A DNA stretch of 64,000 bases from NCBI GenBank assembly GCA_963773065.1, contig CAVYZN010000005.1, positions 64,001-128,000 on the forward strand. The letters are read 5' to 3'. The notes under the pieces are model-generated. The model did not search any database. It was not told where the DNA came from and saw only the letters and a program-made list of their open reading frames with translations. Shown here one piece after another: positions 23,556 through 33,736 of this stretch (its first letter is position 1; the number at the start of each line of letters is the position of its first letter). Made by a program: the position numbers and the translations under genes. This DNA comes from an uncultured Gammaproteobacteria bacterium (GTDB lineage Bacteria > Pseudomonadota > Gammaproteobacteria > UBA9214).

Positions 23556-24059
23556 TTATCTGGCGGAAATACCGAAGTAGGCAAATACCAGCGTCACCAC
23601 CAGCATCGCCAGAAGAAATATGCGCAGCGGCTGTCTTGGTTTATTGTCCGTACCAAGTCGGTTATGGGGTAGGTAATTCAACAGATTATATTTGAAGAAT
23701 TCGGCGTTGCTGTCCAAGCGACGTCGATCCGGTGAATTGCGCCTTTCTTCGGGGGGTGCTTGCAGGCATTTCCCCTGCCGCCCCCGGCGTTCCTCCAGAC
23801 GTTCGTCCACCTTCATGCGCGCCACCACCAGTGCCTGGTAATCCTCCCAACTGGACAGTTGCAGCAGTTCCTCAGGGAACAGGTCCGGGTAATCTCCAAC
23901 CGGTCGCCACCTTATACGGTCCTGACTCAGTTCATCCTTCAGCCCGATGCGCCCGAGCAGGATATAGCGCGCGACGTTTTCATCCGTGAAGGGGCCCCGA
24001 ACGGTACCATTACGGCGAGCATACCACCGGTTGCCGTTATTCGAATGCGCCATGGCCAT
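23556..24059 (-). CDS. Membrane-anchored protein with GYF_2/DUF4339-like N-terminus and ERR/DRR motifs
   Basis: WYARRNG..RGPF...W.P..; DER..ERR...EERR..PDRR; C-terminal TM. Confidence 0.7.
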   Translation of the reverse strand: MAMAHSNNGNRWYARRNGTVRGPFTDENVARYILLGRIGLKDELSQDRIRWRPVGDYPDLFPEELLQLSSWEDYQALVVARMKVDERLEERRGRQGKCLQAPPEERRNSPDRRRLDSNAEFFKYNLLNYLPHNRLGTDNKPRQPLRIFLLAMLVVTLVFAYFGISAR

Positions 24060-24089
24060 AGCGACAGTCTGCCTTGTTACCGTTCGATG

Positions 24090-24820
24090 TCAGTCCTTGA
24101 GCCACTCTTCCATGCGTGCCCGCAGACGAATCAGCGCCTGGCCATGAATCTGGCATACCCGTGACTCACTTACACCTAGAATCTCGCCGATTTCACGCAG
24201 ATTGAGTTCTTCGTCGTAGTAGAGCGCCATGACCAGCCGTTCGCGTTCCGGCAGTCCCTTGATCGCCTTGGCCAGGCCCTGCTTGAAATCATCATTCTGC
24301 AGATTATCGAGAGGCTGGTTCAACTGGCGGTCGGAGCCACGAAACCCTCCTCGCCCAAGGTCCCGGGATCATCAAAACTGAAGATGCGGCAGCCGGTCGC
24401 ATCCTGGAGAATCTTGTGGTACTCGTCCAGGCCGATTCCCATCGCTTCCGCTACTTCAACATCACGCGCATCGCGGCCTTTCTCATTCTCTATTTTGCGC
24501 ACCGCCTCGGCGACCTCGCGCGCCTTCCGATGCACGGACCGGGGGGTCCAATCGGTTCGACGGATTTCATCAAGCATGGCTCCGCGTATCCTGATGCCCG
24601 CGTAGGTCTCGAAACTGGCCCCCTGTTCCGGGTCAAAGTTCCTGGATGCTTCAATCAAGCCGATCATACCGGCCTGAATCAGATCGTCAGCCTGGACACT
24701 CGGAGGCAAGCGGCTCAGCAGGTGAAACGCAATGCGTTTGACCAGCGGTTCGTGCGACGTGATCAGATCGTTTTTATTGCGATGCAGTTTCACTTCAGCG
24801 GTGACTGTATTACCCTTCAT
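24090..24820 (-). CDS. fliA: RNA polymerase sigma-28 factor FliA (frameshift near 24322)
   Basis: LVKRIA.HL..RLP..V..DDLIQAG, RIRGAMLDE.R..DW.PRS, LYYDEELNLREIG..LGVSESRVCQ across two ORFs. Confidence 0.93.
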
Positions 24821-24956
24821 GACCTTACCTCCATCTCGACGTTGTTTCGGTGAAGCAAGCGTTCGATGAAAAATTCAAGGTGGCCCCGCAGGCTATGCTG
24901 GCGTGGCCAGTTAGCCACCCGCCTCGACTTACATCTTATGTAGTCCTAATTAACAG

Positions 24957-24972
24957 GCAACAAATGTACCAA
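24957..24972 (-). promoter_or_regulatory. Sigma54 -24/-12 promoter upstream of fliA
   Basis: Minus strand reads TTGGTACATTTGTTGC. Confidence 0.7.
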
Positions 24973-25074
24973 TACTGGAATTGTTCCTGCTTGGACATCA
25001 AAAGGCATCATAACGTACTGTATTTAAAGAGCTATGAACTACATTGAAGGCTCATTCAAAGAACCATGTACTGC

Positions 25075-25088
25075 GTCATATTTCTGAC
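25075..25088. promoter_or_regulatory. FleQ-like enhancer box
   Basis: GTCATATTTCTGAC (GTCA-N6-TGAC) about 100 bp upstream of the sigma54 site. Confidence 0.55.
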
Positions 25089-25323
25089 TTCATGAGGATG
25101 AGTCGTGCGTTTGTGCCATGAAATTTTTGTACCATGAAATTAATGAGCAGATTTCATGAATTGCCTTTGAACCATTACACGCGACTGACGCCGAGAAGAA
25201 AGTGGGCTGTAGCTGAAGGCTGTCAGATATCAAGAGCAGGAAAGGCTGTGCCCTGTGAACTGAACGTATGCTGCCGTGGTTATAGGTTTTCGATACCGCG
25301 AACGGCAATCGAATGCAGGCCCG

Positions 25324-27588
25324 TTACGCCAGGGGGGAGGATGATGCCTTTGCCAGCCAGCTGGCGAAGTGTTCTTTGGGTAGCGGATGACTGACATGGA
25401 AACCCTGTGCTGAATCACAGCCTAGATTATTCAGCATGTCCCAGGCCAAGACGCTTTCAACACCTTCGGCCACAACCTTGTAGCCAAGGTTGTGGCCCAG
25501 ATCGATGATCGAGCGCACAATGGCGATATCCTGGTTGTCGAAGGCAACATCGATGATGAATGACTGATCAATCTTGAGTGTGTGGATAGGCAGCCGTTTC
25601 AGGTAGGACAGGGATGAATAGCCGGTACCGAAATCGTCAATCGCAGTACTCACACCGAAATCGGATAACCTGGCCAGTACATCTGCAGCCCGCTCCAGGT
25701 CGAGCATCAAGGTTGCTTCGGTAATCTCGATCTCGAGATTCTCCCCGCTGATCCCCGCTTCCTGCAGAGCCCATTTGATCTTGTCCACCAGTCGCGGGCT
25801 CTGAAAGGATCGTGCAGAGACATTCACGGAGACCGGGACCGTGGTCCCGTTGTATGCCCATTGTTTGCACTGCTGCAGTGCCGTAACCAGAACCCAGTCA
25901 GTTATCGGGGATATCATCCCCAGCTGTTCGGCAACGGGGATGATGCGCTTGGGAAACACGGTTCCTTCCAGGGGGTGCTGCCAGCGCAGTAATGCCTCGG
26001 CGCCGGTAATCAGCGATGTCCGCAGATCCACCTGTGGCTGGTAGTGCAGCACAAATTCATTGTTATCGAGCGCACTCTGGATCTGGCCCGAATAGCGCAG
26101 CTGTTCGGCCGGACTGACATCGCTTACCGGGTCGAAATACTGATAGGGCAAACTGTTTCGCTTGGCGCGATACATCGCGCTCTCTGCGTTGGTAAGCAAC
26201 GCCTCCTCGTTCGCGCCATGGTCGGGGAAACAGGCCACACCTATTGTTATGCTGACACACAGCTGTTTGTCCGAACAGGAGAATGGCATATCGAAACAAT
26301 CAAGCACCTGGGTGATCACGCGTTCCGAGGCGGTTCTGGCGTCATTAACGGGTGAGAGGAGAATACCGAACTGATCGCCACCGAGGCGGGCCAGGGAGTC
26401 CGATTCGCGCACGACAGATCTGAGACGATCGGCAATCTCCTGCAGCAGCAGATCGCCGATATCGCGTCCCAGTGTATCGTTGTACATCTTGAAATGGTTG
26501 ATATCGAGGGAAATCACCGCGACCTGTGATCCAGGCACTCGTCGTGAGGACGCCAATGCCAAATTCAAGTGATCGGCCCACAGCGTCCGATTCGGCAAAT
26601 GCGTCAAGCTGTCTGTCGTGCTCAACTGCTCAAGCCGTTTGCGTTCACTGATGGCATGATTGATATCTTCAAGCAGACAGTGGATCTTAACCGGGCGGCC
26701 ACGCTGATTCAGGGACGGATACAGCGACAATCGATACCAGTGTTCAAATGCATCATCCAGGGATATCCGTATTTCACTGGCAGAGGTATTGCCGTTGACC
26801 GCTTCCTGCCATGCCGTCAGCAGCAACTGCTGGTCCTCGGCATGCGTGTTTTGCAAAAATGGAAATGGTGCCTCTATCCCTTCTGGATAAAGTGCGTGTA
26901 ATGGATAATTGGCATACTGAACCCGGTTACTCTTGATATCCACACTCCAGAGCAATTGCGGCAGTTCTGACAGGAGGTTCTCGATACTCGCATGCTGTTG
27001 GCATACGTGGGCCAATTCTCCACGCGCCTCGTCCAGCGAGGCGTTCCAATACCCCTCGGATATCAGGCCGATATCACGCAACGACAGTTTCACAATGACG
27101 GATTCCAGCCGGTTTCGATCCGCAGTGCTAATATCCTGTTCAGCCACTAGATTACGAAGGAAATCCATTAACAGTAGGTATGCGCCCGTGACCCAGACCG
27201 GCTTGATCCCTCTTGCGTAGCGTGTCTCGCCCTCGCGAATCAGTTCCATTTCACGTTTCCCATCCTCCTGGACAGAAAAGAGTTTGAGCATGAAAGTGAG
27301 TTCTTCACGAATCGTGTCGCTGACATCGCCACCCTCACGCTCATCCGCATAGAGAACATCAGCGATATCGGGATTATCGAAGAGGTAGTTGTAATAGACC
27401 TCGGCAAATCGTGCTGTGCCCGCAGCAACAATTTCCCGGTATTGACTCAGAAATGCCAGATCATCATTAGAAATATGAAGAACATATTTATATTCCTTCA
27501 CATGAAGGTCTGGTCTGGATTGCTGATCAGGATCACCAGCACATCCACTTCCGCTCCCCCGTCGACTATTCTTGTTTTTCTCTGCCAT
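25324..27588 (-). CDS. Globin-sensor/PAS/GGDEF/EAL c-di-GMP enzyme
   Basis: Protoglobin-like N-terminus, PAS, GGDQF, EALLRW, DDFGTGYSSL, EGVE. Confidence 0.9.
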   Translation of the reverse strand: MAEKNKNSRRGSGSGCAGDPDQQSRPDLHVKEYKYVLHISNDDLAFLSQYREIVAAGTARFAEVYYNYLFDNPDIADVLYADEREGGDVSDTIREELTFMLKLFSVQEDGKREMELIREGETRYARGIKPVWVTGAYLLLMDFLRNLVAEQDISTADRNRLESVIVKLSLRDIGLISEGYWNASLDEARGELAHVCQQHASIENLLSELPQLLWSVDIKSNRVQYANYPLHALYPEGIEAPFPFLQNTHAEDQQLLLTAWQEAVNGNTSASEIRISLDDAFEHWYRLSLYPSLNQRGRPVKIHCLLEDINHAISERKRLEQLSTTDSLTHLPNRTLWADHLNLALASSRRVPGSQVAVISLDINHFKMYNDTLGRDIGDLLLQEIADRLRSVVRESDSLARLGGDQFGILLSPVNDARTASERVITQVLDCFDMPFSCSDKQLCVSITIGVACFPDHGANEEALLTNAESAMYRAKRNSLPYQYFDPVSDVSPAEQLRYSGQIQSALDNNEFVLHYQPQVDLRTSLITGAEALLRWQHPLEGTVFPKRIIPVAEQLGMISPITDWVLVTALQQCKQWAYNGTTVPVSVNVSARSFQSPRLVDKIKWALQEAGISGENLEIEITEATLMLDLERAADVLARLSDFGVSTAIDDFGTGYSSLSYLKRLPIHTLKIDQSFIIDVAFDNQDIAIVRSIIDLGHNLGYKVVAEGVESVLAWDMLNNLGCDSAQGFHVSHPLPKEHFASWLAKASSSPLA

Positions 27589-27900
27589 CTGGTTTGTTGC
27601 TTTATTATTTAGTGCCAATTAATTGGCATATGTATTTGAAGGCACATGCGGACTGGCAGGACACGTGCCCAAATATTGTTTAATAAATACATGCCAACCC
27701 GCTATCTCACAGAAAGCTGTTGCGGGTGTATTTCTGTATAGAAATGTGCAATGGAATAGATAGCCCCATTGATTATTATTCTATTAAGCGGAATCTATCA
27801 CAGTCGAAGGTACGTATAAAGACTGATTGGGCATAATACATGGGGAAAGGAATCCATAGATCAGAAATTCTGCATGCAAAACCGCAAAATGATCCCGGAG

Positions 27901-29331
27901 TTATGACATGGCGGCGACTCTTTGCAATCCATATTTCCGCAATTTCTCTACCAGAGTGGTACGACGCATGCCCAAACGTTTTGCCGCATGGGCGACCACG
28001 CCGCCGGTATCATTCAATGCTTGCTTGATGTAATTAATCTCCAGGGTACTGAGGTGTTCCTTCAGATTCAAACCGTCGCGAGGCAGGCGTGGATCGAGAT
28101 CGTCAGAAGTAACTGGAGTACCGACTAGCGCCTCTCCAATCAGTTCCATATCAATTTCTTCATCAAGTTTGAACTTTTCGGGTAAGTCACCGGCTTCCAC
28201 GACCCCGTAGGGATGCAGGATGGCCAGGCGTTCTATCAGGTTTGCAAGTTCACGGACATTTCCTGGCCACGTGTACTGACAGAGGGTATAGATTGCACCG
28301 GGTGATAATCTGACCGAACCACGTCTTTCATGCTCGATGCGTCGTACCAACTCATTGACGAGAAGAGGGATATCCTCTAGCCGCACACGTAATGGCGGCA
28401 TTTCTATCGGAAAAACGTTTAGTCGATAGTACAGGTCTTCACGAAATCCACCGTCTCTGATTGCCGATTCGAGATCCCGATGCGTTGCCGCAATTATTCT
28501 CACATTTGTTGTAAGGCTTGTATTGGACCCAACCCGTTCGAATGTTCTTTCCTGCAACACCCTCAATATCTTGACCTGCATAGCAAGGCTCATGTCACCG
28601 ATTTCATCAAGAAACAGCGTGCCACCCTCGGCCATTCCAAAGCGTCCTTCGCGCGCGGTGATAGCTCCGGTGAAAGCGCCCTTTTCGTGACCGAATAGCT
28701 CGGATTCCAGCAAATCAGCAGGAATTGCCCCACAATTCACTGGTACAAACGGTTTGCCACGACGCGCGGAGTGGTAATGAAGATTTCTTGCAACAACTTC
28801 CTTGCCTGTCCCCGACTCACCGAGGATAAGTACATTCGCCTCACTGTCAGCAACCTGTTCAATCATTTTTCTGACGTGCTGAATTGCACGGCTGCTCCCT
28901 ACCAGGCTGCGAAAGAGATCAACCGGCCGATGAGTTGTTTCGGACAGGCGATGCGATTCGGCATAAACCTCCGCCCGATGGATCGCACTCGTCAATTGTG
29001 CGTAATTGGGAGGAATATCGAGACGACCGAGAATGCAGGATCCTGAATCGATTGTGACGGTTGGCTCTCTACCCTTCTGACTCAGCAGATAGATGGGAAG
29101 ATTCTCATTGAACTGATGGATCTCGTTAAGCAACATGCCAAGCCTGTTGTCTGCATGACACGATCCCACCATCACGGCCAGGATATCGGGAGCATCCTGT
29201 ACCGACTGTTCCCATAGCAAACAATCATGTACAACAATCGGTGAATAGTTGATGAACTTGAGAATTGCACACAGTTCCTTTGCATTCTCCGGATCAGCCT
29301 CAATTATCAGAACCTTGGGATCATTTAGCAT
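27901..29331 (-). CDS. fleQ: Sigma54-dependent activator, FleQ/FlrA family
   Basis: Pseudo-receiver N-terminus, [45 protein letters not shown]. Confidence 0.92.
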   Translation of the reverse strand: MLNDPKVLIIEADPENAKELCAILKFINYSPIVVHDCLLWEQSVQDAPDILAVMVGSCHADNRLGMLLNEIHQFNENLPIYLLSQKGREPTVTIDSGSCILGRLDIPPNYAQLTSAIHRAEVYAESHRLSETTHRPVDLFRSLVGSSRAIQHVRKMIEQVADSEANVLILGESGTGKEVVARNLHYHSARRGKPFVPVNCGAIPADLLESELFGHEKGAFTGAITAREGRFGMAEGGTLFLDEIGDMSLAMQVKILRVLQERTFERVGSNTSLTTNVRIIAATHRDLESAIRDGGFREDLYYRLNVFPIEMPPLRVRLEDIPLLVNELVRRIEHERRGSVRLSPGAIYTLCQYTWPGNVRELANLIERLAILHPYGVVEAGDLPEKFKLDEEIDMELIGEALVGTPVTSDDLDPRLPRDGLNLKEHLSTLEINYIKQALNDTGGVVAHAAKRLGMRRTTLVEKLRKYGLQRVAAMS

Positions 29332-29938
29332 TTGTTTTACCTAAGGAATTATCTGGCCTGCCGATTATTCTAAATTCTTGACGATATTTAAAGTTTTTTT
29401 CACTTTCTCTCAATCGAGCTACCTAGCGGTTTAAAATAAAGTCAAATTACCGTCATATCCACACCGGAAATCGGTAATGATTTAAAATCAACAGATGTAC
29501 AGGATCCACTGATTGCGTTCATATTTACATTTACGCATGATGAGCATTATATCAGCCCCGAAAAAAAATACTCCCTCGCCTGAATCATTTATTCAGGTTA
29601 CGTCATTGTGTCGGGCACCCCCTGAAAGGCTGACTTCTACACGCCGACTTTCATCTGCCCTCAACCCTCATACTCCTCCGGGATTGCAAATACTGACCGG
29701 ACCATCACTTCATCTAGACACCCAGTACGCGCAAATTACCCTTGAGTCCAAAATTCACAATGGAAACCATACAGCACAAACCTAGGTCGGTCACTTGAAA
29801 AAAGTCGAGGGTACTTACCATGTTGATCTGCCACATGCGGCAGTCCATAAATAGCGAGCGAATAAACATTGGTGTGATCGCGACCGACTGAGTCAACTTC
29901 GAAACCTGAAACTCTGGAATGCCGAAGCGTTTTTGGAT

Positions 29939-29998
29939 TGGCACTTTGTGCGCATAGCCACAAAAATTCGTTAAACTACGAAAATCAACAGACGATAA
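29939..29998 (+). promoter_or_regulatory. Tandem sigma54-like and sigma28 promoters
   Basis: TGGCAC-N7-GC (29939-29953) and TAAA-N15-GACGATAA (29972-29998) upstream of the flgM-like ORF. Confidence 0.65.
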
Positions 29999-30077
29999 CC
30001 TAGCATGTGTCATGGATGAACAAACAAAGACTTGGAACCAAATTCGAAAAGCCCACGAAAGATAACCTGGACACAAT

Positions 30078-30245
30078 ATGTTCAATAAGTTGCCTAATTC
30101 TCCTGAAATTGATGATCGCCGAATCAATATCATTCGCACACAACTTGATGAAGATATCTATGTCGTGAATAGCCGTCAGATTGCGGACAAAATAATTGAC
30201 ATCGAGCTTGCACTTTCAAATTCAAAGAAACCATCCAATTGCTGA
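30078..30245 (+). CDS. flgM: FlgM-like anti-sigma28 factor (not in ORF track)
   Basis: Manual translation MFNKLPNSPEIDDRRINIIRTQLDEDIYVVNSRQIADKIIDIELALSNSKKPSNC matches the FlgM C-terminal pattern; a longer N-terminus from near 30016 is possible with a frameshift. Confidence 0.75.
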   Translation: MFNKLPNSPEIDDRRINIIRTQLDEDIYVVNSRQIADKIIDIELALSNSKKPSNC

Positions 30246-30403
30246 TATGCACCATGGTCCCGATTGCCCTGACCTGTGATAGTACTCCGAATTAACCATC
30301 ATATTTCGCATCGACCTTGCCGTACGTATGGAAGTAATATCCGTGTCGATGCTAGAATCTATCGTTCTATTGATTCCTTAGCCAGTATTATTTACGAATC
30401 ACC

Positions 30404-30479
<76 letters not shown>

Positions 30480-30484
30480 AAATT

Positions 30485-30510
30485 AATGGCCAGACTGAAT
30501 CTGGCCATTT
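30485..30510 (+). terminator. Hairpin between tRNAs
   Basis: AATGGCCAGA-ctgaa-TCTGGCCATT. Confidence 0.55.
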
Positions 30511-30528
30511 GATTTATACGGAGCCACT

Positions 30529-30604
30529 GTCCCGGTAGCTCAGTGGATAGAGCAAGCGCCTCCTAAGCGCTAGGTCGGAGGTTCGATTCCTCTCCGGGAC
30601 GCCA
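30529..30604 (+). tRNA. tRNA-Arg(CCT)
   Basis: GTCCCGG/CCGGGAC acceptor, anticodon loop CT-CCT-AA, 3' CCA. Confidence 0.95.
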
Positions 30605-30978
30605 TATATACGGGGTTTCAACGCACGGATATCCATTACACAGTTACGTTTCCATTGACTAGGTGATGCAGGGGTAGTAAAGAACTAGGCAAGAGTGCTT
30701 TCACCATCGGCCGGTTTCGTCAGGCTGAACATCCATAACAGCAAACTCGATAATATCCTTACACCATGATGAGGTTACACCATCCCATGGCTGTCAGGCA
30801 GTCTCTCGACTCACAGTATCGACCTATACGGACACAACCGGCACCTAATGTGCAATGGGGTTTTAGTGCTGCACCATACCCACGCAAGCAATAGCCAAAA
30901 AGTATTTCACTTGTTATCGTTTTAGCCATATCCGTCTTATATAACCTGTCTTAATATAACCTGATCAGATTTGCCATC

Positions 30979-32076
30979 ATGCTGACTTGTAGATATCGAT
31001 CCATAGTCTTCTTTCTCTTCCATGTACTGATCGCCAGTATCTCCGGTTGCGGGATTCTAGGAGACACACATGTCGTGAACGCTGATGCCGCCTCGTCCCC
31101 ACACCAGGTCGATGTCTACTTCGTAACTGACCGCACACCAGATGCCGACAGCCGCACGTATTTCGGGGTTGAACGGGGTGAGATCAGCTACGGAATAACT
31201 CACGTTGGCATACCCCCCGGCCATCTGATGGGCCGGCAGGAAGAGCCGTCTCTATTCAAGTTCGAGTCCTCGGCCGATGAACATAAACACATCAAGGTTC
31301 GCGACGTCATGACGCTGACCAGGGATGACTTCCTCCGGCGCCTCACCCTGGCCGTTGCCGGGTCACCCGGTGGCAAGATCATGATTTTTGTCCATGGCTA
31401 CAATGTTGAGTTTCCCGAGGCTAGTCGTGTTGTGGCGCAATTTGCCAATGACCTCAAGTTCACTGGTCCCGTCATACTGTTCAGTTGGCCATCGCAAGGC
31501 AGTCTGACCGGCTACACCGTGGACGAAACCAACGCGGAATGGGCACAGGCCGACTTTGTCCAGTTGCTTACTACGCTGCTCGATACCATTCCGGCACAGA
31601 ACATTTATCTGGTCGGCCACAGCATGGGCAACCGGGTCATTGGACGAGCCATGACATCCCTTGCAAGCGACCGCCCGGATGGTGATCTCATCGTATTCCG
31701 CGAAATTGTCATGATCGCGCCCGACATCGATACCGATGTTTTCCGTCTGGATATGGCGCCGCGCCTTGCGCGTACTGGGATCCACGTGACGGTCTATGCC
31801 TCGTCCAACGATCGTGCGCTGATGGCTTCAAAGGCATTCCACGGCTATCCGCGTGCCGGTGAAACCGGGGAGGGACTGGTCGTGGTGAACGGGGTGGAAA
31901 CGGTGGATGCCAGTGATGTCTACGGTGGACTGTTGGGGCATTCCTACTTTGCCGAAGACCGGCGCATCATGGAAGATATCTTTGCACTTCTGCAAACCGG
32001 CCAGCATGCCGATAATCGTTTCGGTCTAAAAGCCGTGGACACCAATGGCTTACGCTACTGGACCTTCCGAAAATAG
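30979..32076 (+). CDS. DUF900-family alpha/beta hydrolase, putative lipoprotein
   Basis: ISGC lipobox-like, VYFVTDR, FVHGYN, FSWPS, GHSMG, APDID, GHSYF. Confidence 0.88.
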   Translation: MLTCRYRSIVFFLFHVLIASISGCGILGDTHVVNADAASSPHQVDVYFVTDRTPDADSRTYFGVERGEISYGITHVGIPPGHLMGRQEEPSLFKFESSADEHKHIKVRDVMTLTRDDFLRRLTLAVAGSPGGKIMIFVHGYNVEFPEASRVVAQFANDLKFTGPVILFSWPSQGSLTGYTVDETNAEWAQADFVQLLTTLLDTIPAQNIYLVGHSMGNRVIGRAMTSLASDRPDGDLIVFREIVMIAPDIDTDVFRLDMAPRLARTGIHVTVYASSNDRALMASKAFHGYPRAGETGEGLVVVNGVETVDASDVYGGLLGHSYFAEDRRIMEDIFALLQTGQHADNRFGLKAVDTNGLRYWTFRK

Positions 32077-32233
32077 CCATGTCATTCACTGATTGACACA
32101 TTGATTACAGTGAGGGTGTGTACTGGAGGTACGTGGACATGAGAGAAGAGCAAAGGCATGGCATGACATTTATGCAAGAGTGCGTGCAATTACAATCATC
32201 CGGTTAAATCCTTTCAGATAAGGCGATTATCTC

Positions 32234-32668
32234 ATGCGAATACCTCCCTTTCACCTGGCCATCAAGGTAAGCGATATCGCCGAAGCACGTGATTTCTACG
32301 GGGGATTGCTGGGTTGCGAGGAAGGACGCAGCGCAGACACCTGGGTTGATTTCAATTTTTACGGACATCAACTGGTCTGCCATCTTTGCACACCTGTGCT
32401 GACCGAGGATAGCGACAGAATACACTTCAACCCGGTAGACGGGCATACTGTTCCAGTTCCACATTTTGGTGTCGTGCTGGATATGGCACAATGGAACCAA
32501 CTGGCCGAAAGACTCAAAGAAAACGGCATGCATTTCGTCATAGAACCGTACCTAAGATTCAAGGGTCTTCCGGGCGAACAAGCCACGATGTTTTTCCTGG
32601 ATCCAAGCGGCAACGCATTAGAATTCAAGGCGTTTAAAGATATCGATTCCCAGTTGTTCAATAAATAA
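32234..32668 (+). CDS. VOC/glyoxalase family protein
   Basis: [36 protein letters not shown]. Confidence 0.92.
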   Translation: MRIPPFHLAIKVSDIAEARDFYGGLLGCEEGRSADTWVDFNFYGHQLVCHLCTPVLTEDSDRIHFNPVDGHTVPVPHFGVVLDMAQWNQLAERLKENGMHFVIEPYLRFKGLPGEQATMFFLDPSGNALEFKAFKDIDSQLFNK

Positions 32669-32938
32669 TGAGGATGCTGTAAGAAATCGTGGACCCTTAT
32701 CGGTATCCCTCTGTTCCTGCCGCTTTCCCATCCCTGATCCCCTGAAAATCGTTGCGTCAAAAACCGACTGACACGTACTTGCAACTGTTTCACACCATAT
32801 CGCTTCTCCATAAACAAGGGTCTATAGTGAAATTGTCGATTCAATTCATGGTGTCTGTCATGTTCTACTAACATTTTCGATCTGCAACCCGTCATCAATC
32901 GGAGATATCGGGAAACCGGTGATTGCAGGTGTAACACT

Positions 32939-33604
32939 ATGCGCTATGCGATTTATCTACTGATCGTCATGAACTGTGTCTATTTCACCTGGCATGTCTT
33001 CCAGGATGTACCGGAAAACAGAGTCATCCGTGTTCCATCCCCCTCGCCACCGGATATCAGGCAGCTGGTGACCATTCAGGAAAAAAATGCGCGACAGTCA
33101 TCTGAAGTAACCAGGCGCATCGAAGAGATAACCGTAACGCAACCGCCTGGCGCGGAAATGCCGCTGTTCTGTCAAGCCCTCGGCCCGTTTGCAACGGAGT
33201 CGGAACTGAAGGTAATCGAAAATCGCCTTAACAAGCTTGGGTTGGCAACCAAGCCGCGTACCCGATACAGTCAGGAACGGATTGGTTACACCGTCTTGTT
33301 GCCGGCCATGGAATATGAAGAGGCATTGCAGATCAAGCGCAGGCTGGATCAGGAAAATATCACGCCCAATTTTATCGACAAGCATAATGTGATCTCTCTC
33401 GGGAGCTTCAGGGAGAAGTCACAAGCAGAAAAAAGGTTCATGAGTGCTCTTGCGCTCGGGCTGGATCCACACCTTGAACCAAGCTATGCCAAGCGCAGCA
33501 CCTACTGGCTGGAGTTCCAGGAGCAAAATAACAAGAAAGCCGGTTTAGAAGGATACATGAGCAAGCACCCCGATCTGCGATTGGAAGAAATTGCCTGTGA
33601 GTAA
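32939..33604 (+). CDS. SPOR-like domain membrane-anchored protein
   Basis: N-terminal TM, C..LGPF, ISLGSF..K..AE. Confidence 0.7.
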   Translation: MRYAIYLLIVMNCVYFTWHVFQDVPENRVIRVPSPSPPDIRQLVTIQEKNARQSSEVTRRIEEITVTQPPGAEMPLFCQALGPFATESELKVIENRLNKLGLATKPRTRYSQERIGYTVLLPAMEYEEALQIKRRLDQENITPNFIDKHNVISLGSFREKSQAEKRFMSALALGLDPHLEPSYAKRSTYWLEFQEQNNKKAGLEGYMSKHPDLRLEEIACE

Positions 33605-33736
33605 GAGAAGATGTGTCATCTCTTGCCGTCAGGACATCACTGTTTCCATGTCTTCTATATTCCCTTCGACACGGCCTTATTTGTTTGATTGGAACGACAA
33701 GAAGATTGGCGTGATTAGATGCATACATCAGTCCGG

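Noticed and set aside
27656-27670. Sigma54 promoter for the globin-EAL gene (GGGCACGTGTCCTGC, minus strand)
   Set aside because: GG/GC spacing is correct but there are two mismatches to the core consensus, so it is too weak to call.
29513-30139. Track ORFs in the fleQ-flgM intergenic region
   Set aside because: AT-rich promoter DNA with no protein-like features; they overlap the promoters and the flgM-like gene.
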